Positions 37,844 through 48,816 of a stretch of DNA of 64,000 nucleotides are shown here, in pieces. The stretch covers positions 3,744,001-3,808,000 of the forward strand of contig OZ241869.1 in NCBI GenBank assembly GCA_965202805.1, written 5' to 3'. The DNA comes from Longimicrobiales bacterium. GTDB taxonomy: Bacteria > Gemmatimonadota > Gemmatimonadetes > Longimicrobiales > Gaopeijiaceae. The first letter of the stretch is position 1; each line of letters begins with the position of its first letter. Under the pieces are notes generated by a model. That model was given only the letters and a program-made list of their open reading frames with translations, had not been told where the DNA came from and did no database searches. A program made the translations under genes and the position numbers.

Positions 37844-38147
37844 GCCGTGGGATGTGATCGTGCGGCCGGTGGTCACCGAGAAGACGACCGCCCAGATGGA
37901 GGCCGAGAACGTCTACTCGTTCATCGTCAACCGGAAGGCCAACAAGATCGACATCGCGCGCGCGGTGGAGGCGCTCTGGGACGTCCAGGTCGACGATGTC
38001 CGTACCATGAGGTACGCGGGCAAGATGCGCCGCTCGTTCATGGGACAGATGAGCCGCAACTGGAGCCTCGGCCGCCAGCCGTCGTTCAAGAAAGCGGTCG
38101 TCAAGCTTGCCGAAGGCGACCACATCGAACTCTACGAGATGGGCTGA
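37836..38147 (+). CDS. rplW: 50S ribosomal protein L23
   Basis: [25 protein letters not shown] at 37836. Confidence 0.97.
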   Translation: MREPWDVIVRPVVTEKTTAQMEAENVYSFIVNRKANKIDIARAVEALWDVQVDDVRTMRYAGKMRRSFMGQMSRNWSLGRQPSFKKAVVKLAEGDHIELYEMG

Positions 38148-38157
38148 GGAACCGGCC

Positions 38158-39000
38158 ATGGCGATCAAGAAGTTCAGACCCGTGACACCCGGCTTCCGTT
38201 TCCGGTCGATCGTGAAGGACACGGTGACCACGCGCAAGGGACCGGAGAAGTCGCTGACGGAGCCCCTGCACTCCAAGGGTGGACGGAACCACCACGGCCG
38301 CATCACCGTGCGGCGCAGGGGCGGTGGCCACAAGCGCCGGTATCGGCGCATCGATTTCAGGCGCAACAAGACCGGCGTGGCGGGCCGCGTCGCCGAGATC
38401 GAATACGATCCCAACCGCTCCGCGAACATCGCCCTCATCCACTACGCGGATGGCGAGAAGCGCTACATCCTGCATGTGCGCGGCCTGGCGGTCGGCGATG
38501 AAGTGGTTGCGGGCGGAGACGCCGACATCAAGCCGGGCAACGCCCTGCCGATCGGCCGCATTCCGCTGGGAACGATCGTCCACAACGTGGAGCTGAAGCC
38601 CGGGAAGGGCGGCCAGATGGCCCGTTCGGCCGGCGCGGGTGTGCAGATCATGGCCAAGGAAGGAGACTATGTGACGCTGCGCCTCCCCTCGACGGAAGTC
38701 CGGCGGGTGCGCATGGAGTGCATGGCCACCGTCGGTCAGGTCGGCAACACCGACCACGAACTGAAGTCGCTGGGCAAGGCCGGGGCGAACCGGTGGCGCG
38801 GGCGCCGTCCCAAGGTGCGGGGCGTCGCCATGAACCCGGTGGACCACCCCCTGGGCGGAGGTGAAGGCAAGGCCTCGGGCGGCCGGCCCCCGGTCACCCC
38901 CTGGGGCAAGCCGGAAGGGAAGAAGACGCGCAATCCCAGAAAGGAATCCAACCGGCTGATCGTCCGGGGGCGCAAACGCGGCAAGGCCACCCGGTCCTAG
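38158..39000 (+). CDS. rplB: 50S ribosomal protein L2
   Basis: [41 protein letters not shown]. Confidence 0.99.
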   Translation: MAIKKFRPVTPGFRFRSIVKDTVTTRKGPEKSLTEPLHSKGGRNHHGRITVRRRGGGHKRRYRRIDFRRNKTGVAGRVAEIEYDPNRSANIALIHYADGEKRYILHVRGLAVGDEVVAGGDADIKPGNALPIGRIPLGTIVHNVELKPGKGGQMARSAGAGVQIMAKEGDYVTLRLPSTEVRRVRMECMATVGQVGNTDHELKSLGKAGANRWRGRRPKVRGVAMNPVDHPLGGGEGKASGGRPPVTPWGKPEGKKTRNPRKESNRLIVRGRKRGKATRS

Positions 39001-39039
39001 ACGATTGCGCGACGAGAGGAAGCGAACCAGGAAACCGCC

Positions 39040-39327
39040 ATGCCACGCAGCGTAAAAAAGGGTCCCTACATCGACGAGAAGCTCCTGCGCAAGGTGGAGC
39101 TCATGAACGCGCGCGCCGAGAAGAGGGTCATCAAGACCTGGGCACGCGCATCGACCATCTCGCCGGACTTCGTGGGCCATACGGTCGCGGTGCACAACGG
39201 CAACAAGTTCATCCCGGTCTACATCACGGAAAACATGGTGGGCCACAAGCTCGGCGAATTCGCTCCCACGCGGCTCTTCCGCGGCCACGGGGGCAAGCTC
39301 GCCGACCGGCGCTCCAAGGCTCGATAG
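39040..39327 (+). CDS. rpsS: 30S ribosomal protein S19
   Basis: [24 protein letters not shown]. Confidence 0.99.
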   Translation: MPRSVKKGPYIDEKLLRKVELMNARAEKRVIKTWARASTISPDFVGHTVAVHNGNKFIPVYITENMVGHKLGEFAPTRLFRGHGGKLADRRSKAR

Positions 39328-39361
39328 AGGCCGATCAGGTCACCCCTGCGCGAAACTTCAG

Positions 39362-39712
39362 ATGCAAGCCAAGGCGATCGCGAAGTACATCGGAATGAGT
39401 CCCCGCAAGGTGAGGCTGGTCGTGGATCAGATCCGGGGCCTTCCGGTCAACCAGGCCTACGCGATCCTTCGATTCTCGAAGAAGGCCGCGTCGGTACCGG
39501 TCGGAAAGACGCTCCGTTCCGCGGTCGCGAACGCCGAGTACAGGGCGGAGGAGGACGGAGAGGTGCTCGATGTGGACGAACTCGTGATCACGCGGGCATT
39601 TGTCGATGGCGGCCGGACCATGAAGCGCTGGCGGGCGGCGGCCATGGGGAGGGCGGCCCCGATCCGGAGGCGTTCGAGTCACATCACGATCGTCGTGGAA
39701 AGCGAGGAATAG
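39362..39712 (+). CDS. rplV: 50S ribosomal protein L22
   Basis: [25 protein letters not shown]. Confidence 0.98.
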   Translation: MQAKAIAKYIGMSPRKVRLVVDQIRGLPVNQAYAILRFSKKAASVPVGKTLRSAVANAEYRAEEDGEVLDVDELVITRAFVDGGRTMKRWRAAAMGRAAPIRRRSSHITIVVESEE

Positions 39713-39717
39713 GGCCG

Positions 39718-40377
39718 ATGGGACAGAAGACACACCCCCACGGGTTCCGGCTCGGGATCGTCAAGGACTGGCAGTCCCGGTGGTATGCGGAGAAGGAGTT
39801 CCCGCAGCTGCTTCAGGAAGACGAGACCATCAGGCGGTATCTCGACCGCCGCCTGGCGCACGCGGCCATCTCCCGGGTCGAGATCGACCGCAAGCCCTCC
39901 AAGATCGTCATGACCGTGCATACGGCCCGACCGGGCGTCGTGATCGGAAAGCGGGGTGCGGAGGTGGACAAGCTGCGCGACGAGCTGGGCGTGCTGACCA
40001 AGTCCGAGGTCTCCGTGAACGTCGAGGAGATCAAGCAGCCGGAGCTGGACGCGCGGCTGGTGGCGGAGAACGTCAAGCACCAGTTGCGCCAGCGGATTTC
40101 GTTCCGGCGGGCCATGAAGCGCGCCGTTCAATCCGCGCGCCGCGCAGGAGCCGAGGGGATCAAGATCCAGTGTGGCGGCCGTCTGGGCGGCGCGGAAATC
40201 GCCCGCACCGAAGCGTATCACGAGGGTCGCGTACCCCTGCACACCCTGCGCGCGAACATCGACTACGCGAGCGTGAGGGCGGACACCACCTACGGTACCG
40301 TCGGGGTGAAGTGCTGGATCTTCAAGGGCGAAGTGGTGGACGACCGGCGCGGTCGGACCTACTCGACGGGATCCTGA
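39718..40377 (+). CDS. rpsC: 30S ribosomal protein S3
   Basis: [39 protein letters not shown]. Confidence 0.99.
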   Translation: MGQKTHPHGFRLGIVKDWQSRWYAEKEFPQLLQEDETIRRYLDRRLAHAAISRVEIDRKPSKIVMTVHTARPGVVIGKRGAEVDKLRDELGVLTKSEVSVNVEEIKQPELDARLVAENVKHQLRQRISFRRAMKRAVQSARRAGAEGIKIQCGGRLGGAEIARTEAYHEGRVPLHTLRANIDYASVRADTTYGTVGVKCWIFKGEVVDDRRGRTYSTGS

Positions 40378-40436
40378 GGGTGCACGCGAACGGAACCCGG
40401 CCCGCCCGGCGGCGGGCCTCGCAAGGACGATAGCAG

Positions 40437-40859
40437 ATGCTGGCACCAAAGCGGGTCAAGTACCGCAAGAAGCACAAGGGCAAGATGCGCGGGATCTCCC
40501 GTCGCGGAAACCGGGTGAGCTTCGGCGACTACGGACTGCAGGCGGTGGAGTCCGCGTGGATCAGCAATCGCCAGATCGAGTCGGCGCGCGTGGCCATGAC
40601 CCGGCACATCAAGAGGGGCGGCAAGGTCTGGATCCGGATTTTCCCGGACAAGCCGGTTACCTCCAAACCCGCCGAGACCCGGATGGGCAAGGGGAAGGGC
40701 AACCCGGAAGGCTGGGTGGCGGTGGTCAAGCCGGGGCGGATGATGTTCGAGATGGAAGGCGTGGGGGAGGAGGTCGCCCGGCGTGCGATGCAGCTCGCGT
40801 CCGACAAGCTGCCCATCAAGACCCGTTTCGTCGCGCGCGAACGGCAGTTGGGAACCTGA
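40437..40859 (+). CDS. rplP: 50S ribosomal protein L16
   Basis: [28 protein letters not shown]. Confidence 0.99.
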   Translation: MLAPKRVKYRKKHKGKMRGISRRGNRVSFGDYGLQAVESAWISNRQIESARVAMTRHIKRGGKVWIRIFPDKPVTSKPAETRMGKGKGNPEGWVAVVKPGRMMFEMEGVGEEVARRAMQLASDKLPIKTRFVARERQLGT

Positions 40860-40871
40860 GGGGAACCGGGC

Positions 40872-41096
40872 ATGGACATCGAAGACATTCGCGATATGAC
40901 CGACCCGCAGCTCCGGGAGCGGTTGGACGAGTTGAGAGAGGAGCGGTTCCGCCTCAAGTTCCGGGCCGCGACCATGGAACTCGAAAACCCCAGACTGCTT
41001 TCGCAGCTGCGCAGGGATATTGCCCGGGTCCGCACCGTACAGCGCGAACGCGAACTCGCGGGAGTTCCGGCCATGACCGAGGAGAATGCCCCATGA
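40872..41096 (+). CDS. rpmC: 50S ribosomal protein L29
   Basis: [21 protein letters not shown]. Confidence 0.96.
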   Translation: MDIEDIRDMTDPQLRERLDELREERFRLKFRAATMELENPRLLSQLRRDIARVRTVQRERELAGVPAMTEENAP

Positions 41097-41377
41097 CCGC
41101 GACAGCGGATGCCGCGAGCGCAGCGCGCAACCGGCGAAAGACGCGAACGGGGGTGGTGGTGTCGGACGTTGCGGACAAGACGGTTACCGTGCTCGTCGCG
41201 CGCCAGTTCGCCCATCCCCTCTACGGGAAGCAGGTGAAGCGCACCCGCAAGTATCACGCCCACGACGAAGACAACGAGTATCGCTTGGGCGACACCGTGC
41301 GCATCGTGGAAACGCGGCCCCTCTCCCGTACCAAGCGGTGGAGAGTCGCGGAACTGGTCGACCGGGCGGAAGGATAG
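41093..41377 (+). CDS. rpsQ: 30S ribosomal protein S17
   Basis: GVVVSD..DKTVTV, HPLYGK, AHDE, ETRPLS.TKRW. ATG at 41093. Confidence 0.98.
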   Translation: MTATADAASAARNRRKTRTGVVVSDVADKTVTVLVARQFAHPLYGKQVKRTRKYHAHDEDNEYRLGDTVRIVETRPLSRTKRWRVAELVDRAEG

Positions 41378-41384
41378 GCGGGCG

Positions 41385-41753
41385 ATGATCCAACAGGAAT
41401 CGATGGTCCGGATCACGGACAACACGGGCGCCAAGAAGGCCCTGTGCATCCGTGTTCTTGGCGGCTCGCGCCGCCGCTACGCCAGCGTGGGCGACCTGGT
41501 CGTGCTCACGGTAAAGGATGCCATTCCCAACGCCGGCGTGCGCAAGGGGGATATCGTGCGCGCGGTCGTGGTGCGAACCGCCAAGGAAGTGCGCAGGCGC
41601 GACGGCTCCTATATCCGCTTCGACGACAACGCCGCAGTGCTCATCGACACCAACGGCGAACCGAAGGGCACGCGAATCTTCGGACCGGTCGGGCGTGAAC
41701 TCAGGGAGAAGCGCTACATGAAGATCGTCTCGCTGGCGCCGGAGGTGCTCTGA
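41385..41753 (+). CDS. rplN: 50S ribosomal protein L14
   Basis: [28 protein letters not shown]. Confidence 0.99.
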   Translation: MIQQESMVRITDNTGAKKALCIRVLGGSRRRYASVGDLVVLTVKDAIPNAGVRKGDIVRAVVVRTAKEVRRRDGSYIRFDDNAAVLIDTNGEPKGTRIFGPVGRELREKRYMKIVSLAPEVL

Positions 41754-42103
41754 TGCTGAAGCAGACCGGGGGCGCGCGCAAACACCGGATTGCGAAGGGC
41801 GACCGCGTGCGCGTGATCCGCGGCAACCACCGGGACGAACAGGGGACCGTCCTTCGGGTGATTCGCGACCGGGATCAGGTGGTGATCGAGGGCGTCAACA
41901 TGCGCAAGCGTCACCAGCGGCCCACCGCGGCCAACCCGGAGGGAGGGATCATCACCTTCGAGGCCCCGATCCACATTTCCAACGTGATGTTGATCGATCC
42001 GGCCAGCGGAGAGGCCAGCCGCATTCGCATGCGCCTCGAGGAAGGGGGCGTGAAGGAACGCATCGCGGTGAGGACCGGCAACCCCATTCCGGTGCCGAGA
42101 TAA
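41753..42103 (+). CDS. rplX: 50S ribosomal protein L24
   Basis: [25 protein letters not shown]. Confidence 0.98.
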   Translation: MLKQTGGARKHRIAKGDRVRVIRGNHRDEQGTVLRVIRDRDQVVIEGVNMRKRHQRPTAANPEGGIITFEAPIHISNVMLIDPASGEASRIRMRLEEGGVKERIAVRTGNPIPVPR

Positions 42104-42132
42104 CGGGTGACGACAAGGGACGGATTTGCAAG

Positions 42133-42720
42133 ATGACGGAGATGCAACCGCGGCTTCGCCGGCACTATCTGGAGAGGGTTCAGCCGAAGCTGAAGGAGGA
42201 GTTCGGCTTCACCAACGTCAATCAGATTCCACGTCCGGTGAAGGTCGTCCTCAACGTCGGCGTCGGCGAGGCGAGCAAGAATCAGAAGTTTCTTGACAGC
42301 GTGGTCGAGGAATTGTCGGTGATCTCCGGACAGAAGCCGGTCGTCACCCGCGCGCGGAAGTCCATCTCCAACTTCTCGTTGAGGACGGGCATGCCGGTCG
42401 GAGCCAGGGTCACGCTGCGACGGCGCCGCATGTACGAGTTTCTCGATCGACTGGTCAGCGCCACCATCCCGCGCATCCGCGACTTCCGCGGGCTGTCCAC
42501 GAAATCCTTCGACGGGCGCGGCAACTTCAGCCTCGGGGTTCGCGAGCAGATCATCTTCCCCGAGATCGACTACGACAGGATCGACCGCATCCACGGCATG
42601 GATATCACCGTGGTTACGAGCACCAGCAAGGACGACGAGGCGCTGGCGTTGCTGCGAGAGCTGGGATTTCCGTTTCGCGGCTCGCTTCCGGTCATCATCG
42701 GCCAGAATGGCGCCGCCTGA
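42133..42720 (+). CDS. rplE: 50S ribosomal protein L5
   Basis: [34 protein letters not shown]. Confidence 0.99.
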   Translation: MTEMQPRLRRHYLERVQPKLKEEFGFTNVNQIPRPVKVVLNVGVGEASKNQKFLDSVVEELSVISGQKPVVTRARKSISNFSLRTGMPVGARVTLRRRRMYEFLDRLVSATIPRIRDFRGLSTKSFDGRGNFSLGVREQIIFPEIDYDRIDRIHGMDITVVTSTSKDDEALALLRELGFPFRGSLPVIIGQNGAA

Positions 42721-42762
42721 GGCGCCGGCAACCCAGGGAAGAACGGAGGGACGAGACTCGAC

Positions 42763-43158
42763 ATGATGACGGACCCGATTGCCGACATGCTGACCCGGCT
42801 GCGCAACGCCGGACAGGCGGGCCACCGCTGGGCGGACATGCCCGTCTCCCGGATGAAGATCGAGATTGCCCGGCTGCTCGGCGAGAACCACTTCGTCTTC
42901 GGCTACAAGGTGCTCGACGACGGAGCCCACGGGGTTCTGCGCGTCTACCTGAAGTATCGCGATGAGGGACGCCCGGTCATCCGGCATATCGAGCGCTTCT
43001 CGTCGCCCGGGAGGCGGAGGTACGTCGGCCGGGAGGACATCCCCAGAGTCAGGAACGGCCTGGGGATGGCGATTCTGTCGACATCCAGGGGTGTGCTCTC
43101 CGACCGCACGGCGCGCCAGGAAGGGGTAGGCGGCGAAGTGCTGGCGATCGTGTGGTAG
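42763..43158 (+). CDS. rpsH: 30S ribosomal protein S8
   Basis: DPIADMLTRLRNA, S.PG.R.Y, STSRG, VGGEVL. Confidence 0.99.
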   Translation: MMTDPIADMLTRLRNAGQAGHRWADMPVSRMKIEIARLLGENHFVFGYKVLDDGAHGVLRVYLKYRDEGRPVIRHIERFSSPGRRRYVGREDIPRVRNGLGMAILSTSRGVLSDRTARQEGVGGEVLAIVW

Positions 43159-43188
43159 CCAGGATTCCATCAACCACGACGCAAACGT

Positions 43189-43728
43189 ATGTCGCGCATA
43201 GGTAAACTGCCGGTCGCCATTCCGGGCGGCGTGACCGTGGACTACCGGGAGCCCGTCCTGACGGTCAAGGGGCCCAGGGGCGAACTGACCCTCGACGTGC
43301 ATCCCGCCATGACCGTCCACGTGGACAAGAGTGAAGTCGTCGTGCGGAGGCCCTCGGACGGCCGCACGCACCGGTCGCTCCATGGTCTCACGCGCGCGCT
43401 CATCGCCAACATGGTGCACGGCGTGACGACCGGGTACAGCAAGACGCTGGAGATCGTGGGCGTGGGATACCGGGCACAGAAGAAGGGCAGGGAACTGGTC
43501 CTCAGCCTGGGATACTCCCATACCATCGACTACCCGGAGCCCGAAGGCATCACCCTCGAATGTCCCAGGCAGGACGTCGTGGTGGTGCATGGCATCGACA
43601 AGCAGAAGGTGGGACAGGTAGCGGCCGAAATCCGGTCGTTCCGGCCCCCGGAGCCGTACAAGGGCAAGGGCGTGCGCTACCAGGGCGAGCAGATCCGCCG
43701 CAAGGTCGGCAAGACCGCCGCATCGTAG
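43189..43728 (+). CDS. rplF: 50S ribosomal protein L6
   Basis: SRIGK.P, GVGYRA, LGYSH, PEPYKGKG. Confidence 0.99.
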   Translation: MSRIGKLPVAIPGGVTVDYREPVLTVKGPRGELTLDVHPAMTVHVDKSEVVVRRPSDGRTHRSLHGLTRALIANMVHGVTTGYSKTLEIVGVGYRAQKKGRELVLSLGYSHTIDYPEPEGITLECPRQDVVVVHGIDKQKVGQVAAEIRSFRPPEPYKGKGVRYQGEQIRRKVGKTAAS

Positions 43729-43751
43729 TCCGCCCGCAGAGCGAGGAAACC

Positions 43752-44141
43752 GTGACCGCAAAGAGTTCGAAGTTGAGAAGGAGCCGGCGCCTGCAGCGCA
43801 TCCGCCGGCATCGCAGGGTCCGCAAGCGCGTGAACGGGTCCGCCGAACGCCCGCGGCTCGTGGTGTTCCGGTCCCTGAAGCACATGGAGGGGCAGTTGGT
43901 GGACGACGACCTCGGACGCACCCTGATCGGGGTGTCCACCCGGTCCGCGGAGCTCCGCGAGCTCGAGACCGCGTCTCGCAACCCGGGAGTCGAGCGGGCC
44001 CGGGCGGCGGGCAGGATGCTGGCCGATCGAGCTCGCTCGGAAGGCATCGGCGCCGCGGTATTCGACCGTGGAGGCTACCAGTATCACGGCAGGGTCAGGG
44101 CCTTTGCCGAGGGCGCGCGCGAGGGAGGACTTAACTTCTGA
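43752..44141 (+). CDS. rplR: 50S ribosomal protein L18
   Basis: [31 protein letters not shown] start at 43752 after GAGGA. Confidence 0.98.
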   Translation: MTAKSSKLRRSRRLQRIRRHRRVRKRVNGSAERPRLVVFRSLKHMEGQLVDDDLGRTLIGVSTRSAELRELETASRNPGVERARAAGRMLADRARSEGIGAAVFDRGGYQYHGRVRAFAEGAREGGLNF

Positions 44142-44659
44142 TGGCCAGAAAAAGGGGTACGGACCGCGACCGCTCGCGTGAGAGCGAACTTGTCGAGAAC
44201 GTCATCCACATCAATCGGGTCGCGAAGGTGGTGAAGGGCGGACGCCGCTTCTCGTTCACCGCGCTGGTCTCGGTGGGCGACCAGAAGGGCAACATGGGCG
44301 TGGCGCTGGCCAAGGCGAGCGACGTTGCGGAGGCCATCCGCAAGGCGTTCGAACGAGCGCGGCGCAACATGCAGCACGTGTCGATCGTACGCGGTACCCT
44401 CCCCCATGAGATCATCGGCCATTGGGGCGCCGGAAGGGTGCTCCTGCGTCCGGCGGCGCCCGGGACCGGCGTGATCGCCGGCGGTCCGGTTCGCGCGGTG
44501 CTGGAGGCCGCGGGGGTCACCGACGTCCTGACCAAGAGTCTCGGCTCGAACAACCCCATCAACGTGGTGAAGGCGACGCTGAACGGCCTGGGACGACTGG
44601 CCACGCCCGAGCAGGTCGCCCGCGAACGGGGCATCAGCGTCGAAGAGCTGGGAGGATAG
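44141..44659 (+). CDS. rpsE: 30S ribosomal protein S5
   Basis: [34 protein letters not shown]. Confidence 0.99.
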   Translation: MARKRGTDRDRSRESELVENVIHINRVAKVVKGGRRFSFTALVSVGDQKGNMGVALAKASDVAEAIRKAFERARRNMQHVSIVRGTLPHEIIGHWGAGRVLLRPAAPGTGVIAGGPVRAVLEAAGVTDVLTKSLGSNNPINVVKATLNGLGRLATPEQVARERGISVEELGG

Positions 44660-44662
44660 ACC

Positions 44663-44857
44663 GTGTCCGACACACCCCGGAAGATCCGGATCAGGCAGGT
44701 GCGCAGCGGCATCGGAAGGCTCAGCACGCACCGGCGGACCTTGCGTGCCCTGGGGATCCGCAGGCACCAGCAGTCGGTTGTCCACACGGATACCGCGGCC
44801 ATCCGGGGCATGATCCGAAGGGTCAGCCACCTGGTGGAAGTCACCGAAGTTACCTAA
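44663..44857 (+). CDS. rpmD: 50S ribosomal protein L30
   Basis: [21 protein letters not shown]. Confidence 0.97.
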   Translation: MSDTPRKIRIRQVRSGIGRLSTHRRTLRALGIRRHQQSVVHTDTAAIRGMIRRVSHLVEVTEVT

Positions 44858-44875
44858 CGGACGGAGATCGCACCG

Positions 44876-45325
44876 ATGTCAGAACTTCACCGGCTGAGCC
44901 CCGTACCGGGATCACGCAAGGCGCGCAGGCGCGTCGGGCGCGGACCCGGCTCCGGGCTGGGCAAGACCGCCGGCAGGGGACACAACGGTCAGAAGTCCAG
45001 GAGTGGCGGCACCGTTCCCGCCTGGTTCGAGGGCGGTCAGATGCCCCTGCAGCGGCGCATCCCCAAGCGGGGATTCAAGAACCGGGGGCGCGTCGAGTAC
45101 GCGGTCATCAACGTCGGCGACCTGAACCGGCTGGACACCGGCCGGATCACCTTGCAGGCGCTCGTCGAGGCCGGTGTGGCCGGCGGTGGCCGCAAGCCGG
45201 TGAAGGTGCTCGGAACGGGCGAAGCGGAGCGGGCGATGCATGTCGAGGCGCACGCGTTCAGCGCGTCCGCGCGCCGCAAGATCGAGGCCGCCGGAGGCAC
45301 GGTCACCGTGTCCGGCACGCGCTGA
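44876..45325 (+). CDS. rplO: 50S ribosomal protein L15
   Basis: RVGRG.GSG.GKT.GRG, FEGGQMPL.RR.PK.GF, KIEAAGG. Confidence 0.99.
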   Translation: MSELHRLSPVPGSRKARRRVGRGPGSGLGKTAGRGHNGQKSRSGGTVPAWFEGGQMPLQRRIPKRGFKNRGRVEYAVINVGDLNRLDTGRITLQALVEAGVAGGGRKPVKVLGTGEAERAMHVEAHAFSASARRKIEAAGGTVTVSGTR

Positions 45326-45351
45326 CGTCAAACCGCGAGACAAGGTAAAGG

Positions 45352-46665
45352 ATGGCCAACCCGATTCCCAATCTGTTCCGGGTCCCGGAACTGAAGCAGA
45401 AGATCCTCTTCACGCTGTTCATCCTTCTCGTCTACAGGCTGGGGGCGCACATCACCGTGCCCGGCCTCGATGTGAACATCCTGCGGCAGCAGTTCGGGCA
45501 GCTGAGCAATACGCTGTTCGGGATCTACGACATGTTCGTGGGGGGTGGCCTCAGCCGGGCCACGATCCTGGCGCTCGGCATCATGCCCTATATCTCGGCC
45601 TCGATCATGTTCCAGCTGCTCTCCGCCGTGGTTCCCACGGTCGAGAAGCTGCAGAAGGAAGGAGAGCAGGGGCGCAAGAAGCTCACCCAGTGGACGCGCT
45701 ACACGACGGTCGTGCTGTCCATCATCCAGGCCTACGGCTACGCGGTGTTCCTGTCCAGCATTCCCGGCGCGGTGCGGACCCCCGGCCTGCTGTTCATGTT
45801 CACCACCGTCATTGCGCTCACCGTAGGCGCCGTGTTCGTCATGTGGCTGGGAGAGCAGATTACGGAACACGGCATCGGCAACGGCATGTCGCTGCTGATC
45901 TTCTTCTCCATCATCGAGGGATTCCCGGCGGCGATCGGCCGGACCTGGGAGTCGTTCGTGGTCGGAGAGATCAGCGTGGTCGGCCTTGCCGCGCTCGGGG
46001 CCGTGGTCGTGGGGGTCACCGCGGGGGTGGTGGCAATGACCATGGCGGCCCGCAAGATCCCGGTTCAGATACCACGCAAGGTGATGGGGCGCGGGCGTAT
46101 CCGCGAAGGGCAGAAGAGCTTCGTTCCGCTGCGCGTGAATTCGGCGGGCGTCATGCCGATCATCTTCGCACAGTCGTTCATCATCGTGCCGGGCACGCTC
46201 GCGGCCTTCTCGAGCGCCGGCTTTCTGCGCGAGATCTCGGACCTGTTCCAGCCCGGGACCTGGCTCTACTACGGGAGTTACTCCCTCCTGATCCTCTTCT
46301 TCACCTACTTCTACACAGCCATCATCTTCAACCCCGTGGATCTGGCGGAGAACCTGAAGAAGCAGGGGGCGTTCATCCCCGGGGTGAAGCCGGGCGCGCG
46401 CACCGCCGAGTACATCGACAGGATCCTGACGCGCATCACCCTTCCGGGCTCGATCTATCTTGCCATCATCGCGCTGCTGCCCTTCTGGATCTTCGACTGG
46501 TTCAACATCCAGAGCTTCTTCTTCGGGGGCACCAGCCTGCTGATCGTGGTCGGGGTGGGTCTGGACACCGTCCAGCAGGCCCAGCAACACCTGCTTCTTC
46601 GCCACTACGACGGCTTCATGAAGAAGGGACGGGTCAAGATGCGGGGCCGTGGGCGCTACGTCTGA
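45352..46665 (+). CDS. secY: Preprotein translocase subunit SecY
   Basis: ALGIMPYISASI, WLGEQIT..GIGNG.S, AGVMPIIFA, FIPG, FGGTSLLI.V.V. Confidence 0.99.
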   Translation: MANPIPNLFRVPELKQKILFTLFILLVYRLGAHITVPGLDVNILRQQFGQLSNTLFGIYDMFVGGGLSRATILALGIMPYISASIMFQLLSAVVPTVEKLQKEGEQGRKKLTQWTRYTTVVLSIIQAYGYAVFLSSIPGAVRTPGLLFMFTTVIALTVGAVFVMWLGEQITEHGIGNGMSLLIFFSIIEGFPAAIGRTWESFVVGEISVVGLAALGAVVVGVTAGVVAMTMAARKIPVQIPRKVMGRGRIREGQKSFVPLRVNSAGVMPIIFAQSFIIVPGTLAAFSSAGFLREISDLFQPGTWLYYGSYSLLILFFTYFYTAIIFNPVDLAENLKKQGAFIPGVKPGARTAEYIDRILTRITLPGSIYLAIIALLPFWIFDWFNIQSFFFGGTSLLIVVGVGLDTVQQAQQHLLLRHYDGFMKKGRVKMRGRGRYV

Positions 46666-46707
46666 TGGGCCCCGTCTGAGGGCTGCCCGAGGTCTGCGGC
46701 AAGAACC

Positions 46708-47394
46708 ATGATCGCCGTTTTCCTGGGTCCCCCCGGTGCCGGCAAGGGCACGCAGAGCGCGAAACTCATCCGCGACGTGGGCTTTCGCAAGATCGCCACC
46801 GGGGATCTGCTCCGCGCCGCGCGCCAGGCGGGCACCGAACTGGGTGAGGAGGCCCGGCGCTACATGGACGCGGGGGAACTGGTTCCGGACGAGGTGATCG
46901 TCGCGCTGGTGGAGGAGACCCTCGAGGGACTTCCCGCGGATGCGCCGATTCTCTTCGACGGCTTTCCGCGTACGCTTCCCCAGGCGCGGGCACTGGACGA
47001 GGCGCTCGCGCGCACCGGACGGGCTGTGGAGGGTGTCGTCGTGCTGGACGTGCCCGAGCAGGTGGTACTGCGCAGAATCGGCGGGCGCCGCATCAGCCCG
47101 AACGGGCGGATCTACAACATTCACGACGATCCTCCGCGCGTGGACGGTGTCTGCGACGAGACCGGAGAGGCTCTGATCCATCGGAAGGACGATCGTCCAC
47201 AGACCATACTCCGCCGCCTTCGGGTCTACGGGGCGCAGACGGAACCCATAGTCGCGTACTACGAGGAGAACGGGCCGGTCGTGGCGCGCCTGGACGGCAC
47301 GCAGGGCATCGAAGAAACGTATGGGTCGGTGCGGGCGGTCTTGCGGCGAATATCGGCAGGCGAGTCCGAACGGAGGTCCAACGGAACGACGTGA
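46708..47394 (+). CDS. adk: Adenylate kinase
   Basis: GPPGAGKGTQ, TGDLLR, GELVPD, DGFPR, R.DD. Confidence 0.98.
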   Translation: MIAVFLGPPGAGKGTQSAKLIRDVGFRKIATGDLLRAARQAGTELGEEARRYMDAGELVPDEVIVALVEETLEGLPADAPILFDGFPRTLPQARALDEALARTGRAVEGVVVLDVPEQVVLRRIGGRRISPNGRIYNIHDDPPRVDGVCDETGEALIHRKDDRPQTILRRLRVYGAQTEPIVAYYEENGPVVARLDGTQGIEETYGSVRAVLRRISAGESERRSNGTT

Positions 47395-48167
47395 TCCGAC
47401 TGAAGAGCGAATCCGAGATCGCCGAAATCGCGCGGGGCGGAGCCATCATCGGCGAACTCCTGGGCGTGCTGGAGGATGTTGTGCGCCCCGGGGTCACGAC
47501 GGCCGAACTCGACCGCCTGTGCGAGGATTTCATCCGCTCCCACGACGGCGCGATTCCGGCGTTCAAGGGACTGTACGGCTTCCCCGGCGCCGTGTGCACC
47601 TCGACCAATGCGGAAGTCGTGCACGGGATTCCCAGCCCGCGCCGCATTCTCGCGGACGGTGACATTCTTTCGCTGGATGTGGGCGTCAAGCTCAACGGGT
47701 GGTGCTCGGATTCGGCGAGCACGTTCACGGTAGGGGAGGTGGACGCGGCGACCCGCCGGCTGCTGGAGGTCACGAGAAAGGCGCTGGATCGGGCGATCTC
47801 GGCCGCCGTGCCGGGAAACCACGTCGGCGACATCGGCGCGGCCGTGGAGGCCACGGTCCGTGGTACCGGACTCGCCGTCGTCCGCGACCTGGTCGGCCAC
47901 GGAGTGGGGCGGGAGGTGCACGAAGCGCCCCAGGTGCCCAACTTCGGACGTCCCGGCCAGGGTCCGCGCCTGCTCGGCGGGATGGTTCTCGCGATCGAAC
48001 CCATGCTCAGTGCCGGGACCGCGTCCATCCGCACGCTCGACGACGGATGGACCGTGGTCACCAGCGACGGTTCGCGCTCCGCCCACTTCGAGCACACGGT
48101 AGCCGTCACCGAAAGGGGAGCAAGGGTGCTGACCGCCGCCCCGCGCGCGGTGCCTGCCTCCGCGTGA
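47391..48167 (+). CDS. map: Methionine aminopeptidase type I
   Basis: N.EVVHGIP, DVG...D, GHGVG...HE.P, AIEPM, SAHFEHT. Confidence 0.98.
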   Translation: MIRLKSESEIAEIARGGAIIGELLGVLEDVVRPGVTTAELDRLCEDFIRSHDGAIPAFKGLYGFPGAVCTSTNAEVVHGIPSPRRILADGDILSLDVGVKLNGWCSDSASTFTVGEVDAATRRLLEVTRKALDRAISAAVPGNHVGDIGAAVEATVRGTGLAVVRDLVGHGVGREVHEAPQVPNFGRPGQGPRLLGGMVLAIEPMLSAGTASIRTLDDGWTVVTSDGSRSAHFEHTVAVTERGARVLTAAPRAVPASA

Positions 48168-48192
48168 CGGAATCGCCATGACGGGATCGCCA
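48165..48192. repeat. 14-bp tandem repeat TGACGG[A/G]ATCGCCA x2
   Basis: 13/14 identical; starts at the map stop codon and ends at the -35 box. Confidence 0.85.
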
Positions 48193-48221
48193 TTGAGTCG
48201 AAACAGGCTTTCGGTTATCTT
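48193..48221 (+). promoter_or_regulatory. Candidate sigma70 promoter for the rpmJ-alpha operon
   Basis: TTGAGT (48193-48198), 17-nt spacer, TATCTT (48216-48221). Confidence 0.6.
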
Positions 48222-48272
48222 TCGATTTCTATGCAGTGAAGCAGACCACCACACCGCCAGGGAGCAGCCGAA

Positions 48273-48389
48273 ATGAAGGTACGGAGCAGCGTGAAGGCCC
48301 TCTGCGAGCACTGCAAGGTGATCCGCAGGCGCGGTGTCGTCCGCGTCATCTGCGCACGCAACCCCCGCTGCAAGCAGCGGCAGGGTTAG
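48273..48389 (+). CDS. rpmJ: 50S ribosomal protein L36 (not in the ORF track)
   Basis: Manual translation [46 protein letters not shown]. Confidence 0.97.
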   Translation: MKVRSSVKALCEHCKVIRRRGVVRVICARNPRCKQRQG

Positions 48390-48417
48390 GAATCTCCCGA
48401 GTTTCGGAACGCGAGCC

Positions 48418-48798
48418 GTGGCACGAATCGCAGGCGTCGATCTTCCGCGAAACAAGCGCGTCGAAGTCGCGCTCACCTACATCTACGGGGTCGGCCCCAC
48501 GCGCGCCAGGGAGATTCTGGACGCGACCGGCGTGGATCCCGACAGGCGCACCTTCAACCTCAGTGACGAGGATGTCAGCCGGCTGCGCAGGCAGATCGAA
48601 ACGGAGTTGAAGGTCGAGGGCGCGCTCAGGACCGAGGTGTCGATGAACATCAAGCGACTGATGGACATCGGCTGCTACCGCGGATTGCGTCATCGCCGGG
48701 GACTGCCGGTGCGAGGGCAGAGGACGCACACGAACGCCCGCACCCACAAGGGCCGCCGGCGGGCCATCGCCGGCAAGAAGAAGGCTCCCAGGAAATAG
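48418..48798 (+). CDS. rpsM: 30S ribosomal protein S13
   Basis: [34 protein letters not shown] start at 48418. Confidence 0.99.
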   Translation: MARIAGVDLPRNKRVEVALTYIYGVGPTRAREILDATGVDPDRRTFNLSDEDVSRLRRQIETELKVEGALRTEVSMNIKRLMDIGCYRGLRHRRGLPVRGQRTHTNARTHKGRRRAIAGKKKAPRK

Positions 48799-48816
48799 AG
48801 CCGAGGAAAGACGCGC

